In this document: positions 17,119 to 25,075 of the stretch, in pieces
Layout: each line of letters opens with the position of its first letter
How positions within the stretch are numbered: the stretch's first letter is position 1
DNA from: Candidatus Dojkabacteria bacterium UBA4813
GTDB lineage: Bacteria; Patescibacteriota; Dojkabacteria; SC72
Assembly (NCBI GenBank): GCA_002402455.1
Contig: DHFX01000015.1
Span: forward strand, 1-43,322
Length of the DNA: 43,322 nt
Reading direction: 5' to 3'
Made by a program: the position numbers and the translations under genes
The notes under the pieces: model-generated
What the model was told of the DNA's origin: nothing
Seen by the model: only the letters and a program-made list of their open reading frames with translations
Databases searched by the model: none

Positions 17119-18339
17119 TTACTTTTTGATATAGAGAACAGACTCTTTACTATAAATCTTACTAACTTCTTCATATGTGTGTTCTGTTAAATACTCATCT
17201 TCCTCTAAAACTATTGCCAAAGAATTTTCTTTTAGAGTTATTCCAAGATTTAGAATTTTCTCTTCATTGTTATCGCTTTGTTTAACTAAGAAAAATACCT
17301 TCCCGGGTGTCAGTAAGGTATCCTCTGTCATTTCAACCCCCTGCAACATTTCCTTTTCCTGAAGGTATTCAAATAGGAGGGAGGGGTATTCGTAATCAGA
17401 GAAGAAGTAAGATTTAAAACCATACTTTTTAATATGGTAGTCTCTTAAAACAGGTTCAATAGGAAGTCTCAAGTTATAATGAGCTTGTGAAATTATTCTG
17501 TAGGAACTAAATCCTCCGAATGCATTCTTTACCTTTTCTATGGATGCATTAGGGTGTTGGTTTGTCCATTTTCCTGAAGACACAATCTCTTCTGCCTGCT
17601 TAAGTAGTTTTTCTGAATCAACCTTTTCAAGATTATCTTCTTTGGTATTTCCCACATCCGGATCCTGCCCATCTGCAATTGTGTCGTAATCTGAGTCAAG
17701 AATGGGGGTCTGACCCCTCCAAACAGGTACCCACATTGTAAACGGAATGTATAAAGCAGTAATTAAAATTAAAGCCTTGAGAGATATATCTACAACCTTG
17801 TTCCTTTTAATGAACTTTTTGTAAAGAGCATATATGAATATCACTATAAAGAATATCTCAATAGAACCCATTACAGAAAATGGGAAACTGGCGAACAAAT
17901 TTGGTTCAAATATGTACTTTAATAGGTAGAACTTATGTTCTGTTAGTGGATAAGCCAACATAATACTATCTACAAGAAAATCTGCAAGAAGATGAAAGAG
18001 TGTACTAATTAAGAAGGTATTGGCTAAAATATGTAATAAATTGCTGTTTAATGTCTTGTTAGTTTTTTCATTAAGAAACTTCTCCTTAATATAAAAGAGT
18101 CCCTCTAGAACAATCCAAATTGTGATGTAAAAAATCGGTGTATGAGTTATTACCTCATGATGTATAAATCTTGGGACGTTAAGCATAGAGAGGAGGAAAA
18201 TATCAAAGTCAGGGAGGATTCCAAAGAAAAGAGCACATAATGCTACCAATATCTGTTCACTTGTTTTGAGTTGTTTGATTTTTTTATTCTGTATAGCCTC
18301 GTTTGCTAAATAGGATATTGGCCCGTGTGCTATATACAT
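17119..18339 (-). CDS. Membrane protein with an N-terminal YdjM/DUF457-like metal-dependent hydrolase domain and an uncharacterised C-terminal soluble domain
   Basis: The N-terminal half of about 200 aa is polytopic, with H/D-rich motifs (AHGP, PDFDIF, HHEVITHTP, HLLADF). It is followed by a D-rich stretch (DSDYDTIADGQDPD) and a soluble domain of about 180 aa. Confidence 0.6.
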   Translation of the reverse strand: MYIAHGPISYLANEAIQNKKIKQLKTSEQILVALCALFFGILPDFDIFLLSMLNVPRFIHHEVITHTPIFYITIWIVLEGLFYIKEKFLNEKTNKTLNSNLLHILANTFLISTLFHLLADFLVDSIMLAYPLTEHKFYLLKYIFEPNLFASFPFSVMGSIEIFFIVIFIYALYKKFIKRNKVVDISLKALILITALYIPFTMWVPVWRGQTPILDSDYDTIADGQDPDVGNTKEDNLEKVDSEKLLKQAEEIVSSGKWTNQHPNASIEKVKNAFGGFSSYRIISQAHYNLRLPIEPVLRDYHIKKYGFKSYFFSDYEYPSLLFEYLQEKEMLQGVEMTEDTLLTPGKVFFLVKQSDNNEEKILNLGITLKENSLAIVLEEDEYLTEHTYEEVSKIYSKESVLYIKK

Positions 18340-18411
18340 AGGGTTTTGTTATTAAATTAGTATTGAATTAAGACATTATACATATTCTTCCACTATTGAT
18401 AAAATACCCCT

Positions 18412-20838
18412 GTGAAAGAAGAAAAAATTAGAAATAATCTGATAGAAGCTCTTTCTAAGAGTTATATTTCCGTTAAGGAGGATATTTTAGCCTACAAAAA
18501 AGTTTCCGGTGTGGACTGGGATTACTATGAACTTGCCTGTGAACTTTTAGGAGTTCTTCTGGATAGGGTAGTTTGGTTATCCGTCTCGAAAGAAGAGGAC
18601 CTTTCTAAGGGTAGCAATGCGATTAAGTTGCATAAGGGGGAAGAATTTAATTTAAACTCTTTACTAGATCTTGGTTATGAAAGGGTTGAAAGGGTGTGGA
18701 ATGAGGGAGAGGTGTCTGTTTTAGGAGATGTTATCATTATTTGGCCCTTTAGTATGAACAATTTAGTTAGATTAAGTCTTTTAGGAAAGGAGATTGAGGA
18801 AATTTCCATAGTGGGAGCAGAGAGTAGGAAGAAAATAAGGGAAGTTAATGAAAGAATTCTTCTAAGTAAAAACAGTGAGTTGTTAGTAGGAAATGAAGAA
18901 TCCGGAGGGAGTATAAATATTAAACTGATAAACAATCTGGAAGAGGAGGAGGGAGGGGTGGATCTTGGGATTAGAAGTATCCCCGGAATAGAGGCTTACA
19001 GCACAAGATCTGCTTTGTTGGAAATATCTAAAAACTACAGAAACAGAGGGTATAAGATTTGGTATTTAACCAACAGCCCAGAAAAATATGATTTAGAGGT
19101 AGCAAAAGAGGTAAGGGAGATAGTAGATAACATTTTCTCGGCAAAGAATATTACCGGGAGGGGTATTAAGAAAGGCTTTGTGTCTTCCGTTGGAAAGGTT
19201 TTGGTCTTAACAGATTTAGAAGTTCTTGGAGAGTTAGACCTTTCTTCTTACCAAAGAAGAAATATTAATATGGATCCAGGAAGTGTCGAGATACTTAAAA
19301 AGATTGTTCCCGGAGATTATGTTGTACATGAGGATCACGGGATAGGTAAGTTTGTTAAAGTTGCAAAAAAGGACAAAGGTCCATACATAGAGATTGCGTA
19401 TAAGGGTAGCGATAAACTTTTTGTGCCTCTTACAGCTTCAGACAAGCTAACAAAATATATTGGAACAGGGAGAAAGAAACCTGTTTTAACAGGACTAAAT
19501 AGTGGAATATGGAGGAGAATCTCTAAGAAAGCTAAGGAAAGGACAGAAGACATTGCAAGGGAATTGCTTCAGTTGTATGCACTTCGTGAGAGTACAGAAG
19601 GGGTTCCTATAATTAATTCAGAGGACTCTCTAAAAGAATTGGAATTTTTTATAGATCAATTTGAATTCAAAGATACGGATGACCAACTTATTGCAACTAA
19701 AAATATAGTTGACGATCTACGAAAAAACAAGCCAATGGATAGGCTTCTGGTAGGAGATGTGGGGTATGGTAAAACCGAAATAGCTGCCAGAGCGGCGTTT
19801 GCAGTTGTAAATTCAGGTTACCAAGTAGCTATTCTTGCTCCGACAACGATTCTAGTTAAACAGCATCTAGCTGTTTTTAAGGAAAGATTTAAGGGGTATC
19901 CGATAAACATAGTTTCTTTATCAAGATTTTCTTTCGGAAAGGAAAAAGAGAAAGTCCTTGGAGATCTCTCCAAAGGCTTAGTGGACATTGTAATTGGAAC
20001 CCATGCTCTGCTTGGGAAGGAAGTCATTTTTAAGAAACTTGGTTTGTTGGTAATAGATGAAGAGCAGAAATTTGGTGTTAAACAGAAAGAGGAAATAAAG
20101 AAAAAGAGAGTTGATACAAATGTCCTGTCTCTGACGGCAACTCCAATCCCCAGAACTTTAAATATGGCACTTGCAGGGATAAGAGATATCTCTGTTTTGG
20201 CAATCCCTCCCGAAGGTCGAAAAGAGATTATAAATCACTTTGAAAGGTTTAATTGGGATAGTGTTAAAGATGCTATAGAGATCGAGTTAAAACGCAATGG
20301 TCAAGTATATTTCTTACATAATAGAGTGAGTACAATAGAGTTTGTTTACAGCAGATTGACTAAAATGTTTCCTCACAAGGTAATAGGAGTTGTTCATGGT
20401 CAGATGGGTGTTCAAAAATTGTCTAAAACTATGGATGCTTTTATTAACGGAAACATAGATATTTTAGTATGTACGACAATAATAGAAAATGGTCTAGATA
20501 TCCCTACTGTTAACACATTAATTATACAAGATGCTACCATGTTGGGGCTCTCTCAGATGTACCAGATTAGGGGTAGAATAGGGAGATCTACTACTCAGGC
20601 ACATGCCTATTTTTATTTTGACAATCTTAAGGGGGATGCCAAATTAAGGCTTGAAGCGATAAAGGAGTCCCAAGAACTGGGTTCAGGTTTTTTGCTCTCA
20701 AACAAGGATCTGGAGATAAGAGGGGCAGGGGATATTCTCGGGAGAAACCAGTCTGGGACTATAAATTCCGTAGGTTATGGTCTCTATTCTCAGATGCTTG
20801 CTGGGGCAGTAACAAGGATCAAAAATCTGGGTAAATAA
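18412..20838 (+). CDS. mfd: Transcription-repair coupling factor Mfd (compact, 808 aa)
   Basis: The CarD/RID motif GDYVVHEDHGIGKF is present. Superfamily-2 helicase motifs are also present (GDVGYGKTE, DEEQKFG, LTATPIPRT) along with the TRG-region RGRIGRS. The start codon is GTG. Confidence 0.9.
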   Translation: MKEEKIRNNLIEALSKSYISVKEDILAYKKVSGVDWDYYELACELLGVLLDRVVWLSVSKEEDLSKGSNAIKLHKGEEFNLNSLLDLGYERVERVWNEGEVSVLGDVIIIWPFSMNNLVRLSLLGKEIEEISIVGAESRKKIREVNERILLSKNSELLVGNEESGGSINIKLINNLEEEEGGVDLGIRSIPGIEAYSTRSALLEISKNYRNRGYKIWYLTNSPEKYDLEVAKEVREIVDNIFSAKNITGRGIKKGFVSSVGKVLVLTDLEVLGELDLSSYQRRNINMDPGSVEILKKIVPGDYVVHEDHGIGKFVKVAKKDKGPYIEIAYKGSDKLFVPLTASDKLTKYIGTGRKKPVLTGLNSGIWRRISKKAKERTEDIARELLQLYALRESTEGVPIINSEDSLKELEFFIDQFEFKDTDDQLIATKNIVDDLRKNKPMDRLLVGDVGYGKTEIAARAAFAVVNSGYQVAILAPTTILVKQHLAVFKERFKGYPINIVSLSRFSFGKEKEKVLGDLSKGLVDIVIGTHALLGKEVIFKKLGLLVIDEEQKFGVKQKEEIKKKRVDTNVLSLTATPIPRTLNMALAGIRDISVLAIPPEGRKEIINHFERFNWDSVKDAIEIELKRNGQVYFLHNRVSTIEFVYSRLTKMFPHKVIGVVHGQMGVQKLSKTMDAFINGNIDILVCTTIIENGLDIPTVNTLIIQDATMLGLSQMYQIRGRIGRSTTQAHAYFYFDNLKGDAKLRLEAIKESQELGSGFLLSNKDLEIRGAGDILGRNQSGTINSVGYGLYSQMLAGAVTRIKNLGK

Positions 20839-20845
20839 TTTTCAC

Positions 20846-20874
20846 TTGGCAAGGGGCTAACTTTGCTCTAGTAT
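20846..20874 (+). promoter_or_regulatory. Sigma70-like promoter abutting the dnaX start codon
   Basis: TTGGCA (20846-20851), a 17-nt spacer, then TAGTAT (20869-20874). The ATG at 20881 is only 6 nt downstream and no Shine-Dalgarno sequence is visible. Confidence 0.35.
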
Positions 20875-20880
20875 GTAAGC

Positions 20881-22452
20881 ATGTCTTCAGTCCTCTATCA
20901 AAAATACAGATCCAACAATTTTGATGAAATCAAGGGTCAGGATCATGTTATAAAGCTTTTAAAGAACGCTGTAAAAACCAACCAAATTGCTCAAGCATAC
21001 CTTTTTGTCGGCTCAAGAGGAACCGGGAAGACCTCTACTGCAAGAATATTAGCTAAGGCTGTTAATTGTCAGAATCTTAAAAAGGACGGGAATCCCTGTG
21101 GAGAGTGTGAATATTGCCGAAGTATTGCTGAAGGAAGGTTTTTAGACTTAATAGAGATAGATGCGGCATCAAATAGGGGGATAGATCAAATTAGGCAACT
21201 GAAGGAAAAGATTGAATTTTCTCCTTCTCAAGGGAAGTACAAGGTATATATAATAGATGAGGTTCATATGTTAACTACCGAGGCTTTTAATGCTCTTCTA
21301 AAGACTCTTGAGGAACCCCCTGCACATGTAATTTTCATTCTGGCTACTACAGACGCTCATAAGTTGCCTCCTACAATTCTTTCCAGATGTCAGAGGTATG
21401 ATTTCAGACTTGGAACGGATATAGAAATAAAAGGTCTTATAAAGGAGATTGTTAAAAAAGAAGAAATAATCATTGAGGAAGAAGCTTTAGATGTAATTGT
21501 GAATAATGCAAAGGGAAGTTACAGAGATGCTTTGTCAATTTTGGATGTCATATATACGGGTCAAGAAGAGAAGAAAAAAGAGATAACACTTGAGGAAACT
21601 AGGAAAATATTAGGTCTTCCTGACTTTGACAATGTTGTTCTTCTTCTTAAGAATCTTTTAGAGGGAAATGGAAGTAAGTCTTTGGTAGTAATAGAAGAAC
21701 TTGAGGAGAAGGGAGTTAATTTACAACAATTTACCGGTTATGTGTTAGATATTTTAAGAAGGATTCTCACCGGAAAGATAAAAGGGAAGTTAGAAAAGGA
21801 TTTTGATTTTGCTAAGGATGTAGATATTAAAGTTCTTCACAAGCTCATAAATCTCTTTTTAGAAGTGGAGAATAAGATTAGATATGCTAATAACCAAGCA
21901 CTTGTTTTGGAGATGATTATCCCCGAAATGATGAAAAGTGGAGTAGGACAAGATGTAGAGATAGTGAACCGAGATGTTAAAAAGAGAATTCCTAAAGATG
22001 GAGAGTTAGAAAAGCAGGAAAAAAAGAGCGATGAAGTGAAAATTGAAAGAGAAGATCTTACTGTCAAGGAGATACAGGATAGGTGGGATGAATTTGTTAA
22101 TGCAATAAAACCTTTTAATGGACATCTATACGCCTTTTTAGGTGGTGCCAATGTCATTAATTTTGACAAAGGTACATTGTTTATAGAAGTTCCTTTCCAA
22201 TTCCATATGGAGAGAATCATAGTCCCAAAGAGTAGGAATGCAATCTCTGAAACCTTTGAGAAAATTTACGGAACTAATTGTAAAATATCCTGTTCTGTGA
22301 ATGGAAACATTAAGCCTAAGAGAAAAGAGGATGCAAATTTCGTTTTAAGGAATCTTCCTGTAATTAAAAAAAAGAAACAAGAGGAACTGGAGGCGAAGAA
22401 AGTGAAAGAGAGAGTGGTTGAAAGCATTGAGGCAATATTTGAGGGTATGTAA
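20881..22452 (+). CDS. dnaX: DNA polymerase III subunit gamma/tau
   Basis: The AAA+ clamp-loader motifs GSRGTGKTS, the zinc module CGECEYC, IIDEVHMLT and SRCQRYDF are present. Confidence 0.95.
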   Translation: MSSVLYQKYRSNNFDEIKGQDHVIKLLKNAVKTNQIAQAYLFVGSRGTGKTSTARILAKAVNCQNLKKDGNPCGECEYCRSIAEGRFLDLIEIDAASNRGIDQIRQLKEKIEFSPSQGKYKVYIIDEVHMLTTEAFNALLKTLEEPPAHVIFILATTDAHKLPPTILSRCQRYDFRLGTDIEIKGLIKEIVKKEEIIIEEEALDVIVNNAKGSYRDALSILDVIYTGQEEKKKEITLEETRKILGLPDFDNVVLLLKNLLEGNGSKSLVVIEELEEKGVNLQQFTGYVLDILRRILTGKIKGKLEKDFDFAKDVDIKVLHKLINLFLEVENKIRYANNQALVLEMIIPEMMKSGVGQDVEIVNRDVKKRIPKDGELEKQEKKSDEVKIEREDLTVKEIQDRWDEFVNAIKPFNGHLYAFLGGANVINFDKGTLFIEVPFQFHMERIIVPKSRNAISETFEKIYGTNCKISCSVNGNIKPKRKEDANFVLRNLPVIKKKKQEELEAKKVKERVVESIEAIFEGM

Positions 22453-22490
22453 GGATTTTCATTTTGGGCTTCGTTTAAGTTATAATAGGT

Positions 22491-22814
22491 TTGTTATCTA
22501 AGTTTTTTATTGTAATTATTATGTTAAATCCAGTAGAGGTATTAAAGATGCAAAATGAGGCTAAAAAGCTTCAGAAGAAACTGCGAGAAAGAAAAGTTAA
22601 AGGAGAATCCAAAAATGGGATGATTGTAATATATATGAATGCAGCTCAGGAGTTGGAAGATGTGCATATAGATGATGAATATCTCTCCCCGGATATGTCT
22701 GAAGCCTTAAAGAAGGGTTTTAAAGAAGCATTTAAGGACTACCAGAAGAAGCTTCAGAAGGATATGGTTCAGGATATGGATATGGATCAATTAAGAAATA
22801 TGTTTAGTAAATAG
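22491..22814 (+). CDS. ybaB: YbaB/EbfC nucleoid-associated protein
   Basis: It occupies the conserved dnaX-ybaB-recR position and has a KMQ..AKKLQKKL helix plus a central beta segment. The TTG start at 22491 is doubtful; the in-frame ATG at 22521 is more likely. Confidence 0.8.
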   Translation: MLSKFFIVIIMLNPVEVLKMQNEAKKLQKKLRERKVKGESKNGMIVIYMNAAQELEDVHIDDEYLSPDMSEALKKGFKEAFKDYQKKLQKDMVQDMDMDQLRNMFSK

Positions 22815-22815
22815 T

Positions 22816-23448
22816 ATGTCGGTTTTACCCAAGAGTGTAGAAAAAGTAATAGAGGAATTTGGTAAGCTGCCGGGTGTGGGACCTAAATCTGCTGCACGTA
22901 TGGCATACCACTACATTAGATCTTCCAACAAAGATGCTTCTAAATTAGCTTCTGCTCTCAGTGACATGGAAGAAAATGTCAGGTATTGTAAGAAGTGTTT
23001 TAATGTTACAGACAAAGAGGTTTGTGACATTTGTTCGTCTCCTTTAAGGAAGAAGAATAAGATATGTGTTGTTGAAGAACCTTTGGATGTAGTGGCTTTT
23101 GAAAATAGTGGTGTTTATGACGGTCTTTATTTTGTTTTAGGTGGTGTAATTTCTCCTGCAGACGGGATAGGTGAGGAGGAATTGAGGTTTAAAGAATTAG
23201 AAAAGAGAGTTAATGAACTTTTAGAGGAAGTTAAGGGGAATAAGTGTATTGAGATTATTATAGCTACCAATCCTAGTTTGGAAGGGGAAGCTACTGCAAG
23301 TTACATAATTGACCTTTTTGCTAAGTTAGCTAAAGAGAAGAAGGTTAATATTACAAGATTAGCCATGGGGCTTCCTACTGGGGCAGATTTAGAATATGCT
23401 GATAGACTGACTTTGAAGAGAGCTCTGGAGGGTAGGAGGGGGATTTAG
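22816..23448 (+). CDS. recR: Recombination protein RecR
   Basis: It has the HhH motif LPGVGPKSAARMAYH, a C4 zinc finger (CKKC...CDIC) and a Toprim segment (CVVEEPLDV...NPSLEGEATA). Confidence 0.95.
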   Translation: MSVLPKSVEKVIEEFGKLPGVGPKSAARMAYHYIRSSNKDASKLASALSDMEENVRYCKKCFNVTDKEVCDICSSPLRKKNKICVVEEPLDVVAFENSGVYDGLYFVLGGVISPADGIGEEELRFKELEKRVNELLEEVKGNKCIEIIIATNPSLEGEATASYIIDLFAKLAKEKKVNITRLAMGLPTGADLEYADRLTLKRALEGRRGI

Positions 23449-23461
23449 TTGCACTCTCTAT

Positions 23462-24286
23462 TTAGTAAGGTTGATGTTTATTTACCTGTTTGGTGTAATG
23501 ATCTAACTTCTTTTTTGTATTTTTAATCCTTTTACTTGCTTCAACAGCATTAAATAAGAACACTTTGAGGGGGCCGTTAGTGGGATTGTAGGGTTCGATA
23601 TCTTGTCCTCTGTACATTCTGGTAAATTGTTCAAAATCATGACCATATTGAGGGCCATTTTTCATGTACACACTAAATTCTGCAAAGAGGGGATCTTTTG
23701 CTTTATTTAGTCCCATAAAGATGCCCACATGTGTAAATGTGTCATAACCATGATGTCCTATTCTTTCCGGAAGATATATAACAGTCCCTGGAGGCATCTT
23801 TTCCCAGATGGTTTTGTCAGACAAGAGTTTTTTTAGCTCTATTTCTGTTGCTAAATCCTCTCCAAAATGCTGGGATAACATTTTAAGATAGGGAACTTGT
23901 TTGACTGTAGTCCCACTGGGCATGGGATCTCCTAGTTTAGGAGAGTATTCAGAAACAGGGGTCTCTACCCGTGCAACTTCAAATCCTAAGTGTATAAAGT
24001 ATCGTGCAACATACCCGCCACAATCGTAATTCTCTCCGGTATTCCAAGTGTACGGGATTCCGGCAAAATCTTCTGCAGCTGCTCTCACTGCATTGTATGC
24101 AATTATCTGGTTCTCACTGTTCTCGTAGAAATCAATTTCGGGATTATCATTCGTAGGAGTTAAATTTTCTAAATTCCCTAAAATGTCTGGAATTTTAGAA
24201 AAGGCTAGAGCAGTAAAAGCGGAGCGTTTGAGAAATTCTCTTCTGGAAATTGTTTCAGACCCTTTTTCAGGATTATCTACTTCCAT
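23462..24286 (-). CDS. Secreted NlpC/P60-family cysteine peptidase with a twin-arginine-type signal
   Basis: The N-terminal SRREFLKRSAFTALAF resembles a Tat motif. YDCGGYVARY is a candidate catalytic Cys context and HVGIFMG a candidate catalytic His context. Confidence 0.7.
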   Translation of the reverse strand: MEVDNPEKGSETISRREFLKRSAFTALAFSKIPDILGNLENLTPTNDNPEIDFYENSENQIIAYNAVRAAAEDFAGIPYTWNTGENYDCGGYVARYFIHLGFEVARVETPVSEYSPKLGDPMPSGTTVKQVPYLKMLSQHFGEDLATEIELKKLLSDKTIWEKMPPGTVIYLPERIGHHGYDTFTHVGIFMGLNKAKDPLFAEFSVYMKNGPQYGHDFEQFTRMYRGQDIEPYNPTNGPLKVFLFNAVEASKRIKNTKKKLDHYTKQVNKHQPY

Positions 24287-24368
24287 GGTTTTTGCTTAGT
24301 ATTTTAGTATTAAAGATTATATCTGATTAAGAATATCTGTTACAAGGGTTTTACATATATGTTGCAGA

Positions 24369-24397
24369 TTGTTTTTATTGTAATCCTATAGTATAAT
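24369..24397 (+). promoter_or_regulatory. Sigma70-like promoter giving a leader of about 150 nt for the 24553 gene
   Basis: TTGTTT (24369-24374), a 17-nt spacer, then TATAAT (24392-24397). Confidence 0.45.
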
Positions 24398-24479
24398 ATG
24401 CACCTTGTATGGATATTTATCCTACATTTTTATCTGCTCTTTAAAAAGGTTCTACTATATCCTCTAATATTTCTTGGTG

Positions 24480-24524
24480 AACCCAATTTGGTTTTTATTA
24501 ACAGAATAGAAAACAGATTGGGTT
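24480..24524 (+). promoter_or_regulatory. Leader hairpin (attenuator-like) upstream of a small membrane-protein gene
   Basis: An 11-bp stem forms between 24480-24490 and 24514-24524 (AACCCAATTTG / CAGATTGGGTT). It includes one U:G pair that is valid only on the plus-strand RNA. The loop is 23 nt, and the stem is followed by TTTTAC and then the Shine-Dalgarno AAGGAG. Confidence 0.4.
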
Positions 24525-24552
24525 TTACTAAGAATAAGAAAAGGAGATTAAA

Positions 24553-24939
24553 ATGATTACAGAAAATTTCTATTCCATATTTTATATCGGAGCCATGATT
24601 GTGGCTGCGGTAGCAAACGGAATCCAATTTGGAGGAGCAAAAGGGTTTAGCTTTCGTAGAGGGGCTAACATCTTTCAGATGTTAATTTTTATTGCTGTCC
24701 CCATTGCTTTTGTAATAGAGGGACAGACCTCGGCATTCTATTTCTGGTCAATAGTGGGATTTTTTCTATGCTCGATGATCGATGTCATAGAGATGGCTCT
24801 CTTGGCCAGTGGGAAGGTTGTCGAGAAGGAAGATTCCGTTATAAGTCAGCAGGCACTATACGTGATTTTTTCGTTTCTTCTCACAACCGGGATATTTCTT
24901 GTTTCCCTCATGCTTGTCACCGGTTATCTATTTGTTTAA
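24553..24939 (+). CDS. Hypothetical small integral membrane protein (about 4 TM)
   Basis: It has a strong Shine-Dalgarno sequence (AAAAGGAG, 7 nt before the ATG) and four hydrophobic segments in 128 aa. I recognise no family. Confidence 0.65.
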   Translation: MITENFYSIFYIGAMIVAAVANGIQFGGAKGFSFRRGANIFQMLIFIAVPIAFVIEGQTSAFYFWSIVGFFLCSMIDVIEMALLASGKVVEKEDSVISQQALYVIFSFLLTTGIFLVSLMLVTGYLFV

Positions 24940-24966
24940 TCATTATTTCTTAGTAGAACCCAACAG

Positions 24967-25020
24967 GGAGGAGAGATCAATCGTTTTAGACTTAATTGTC
25001 TACTTCGCAATCTCTTCTCC
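24967..25020 (+). promoter_or_regulatory. Stem-loop between the small membrane gene and cysS (possible terminator or leader element)
   Basis: GGAGGAGAGAT (24967-24977) pairs with ATCTCTTCTCC (25010-25020), giving 11 bp including one G:U. There is an inner TAGAC/GTCTA hairpin. No clear U-tract follows. Confidence 0.35.
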
Positions 25021-25075
25021 TTGTAAAACCCCTCAAAATGGAAATTCCCATAAATACAGTGTAAAATGATTCAGT

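Noticed and set aside
24443-24470. A preQ1-I riboswitch-like string (AAAGGTTCTACTATATCCTCTAATAT versus the consensus AGAGGTTCTAGCTACACCCTCTATAAAAAACTAA).
   Set aside because: Only the GGTTCTA and CCTCTA cores match. The P1 pairing is weak, and the A-rich tail and pseudoknot partner are missing. This is insufficient to make the call.
24430-24953. ORFs 24430-24627(-) and 24768-24953(+).
   Set aside because: The first is antisense across the leader and start of the 24553 gene. The second is an out-of-frame overlap of the same gene. Neither has a ribosome-binding site or a recognisable sequence.
24940-25075. A T-box leader for cysS.
   Set aside because: The spacer is only 136 nt, it has no T-box consensus sequence, and I could find no specifier-loop/antiterminator architecture.
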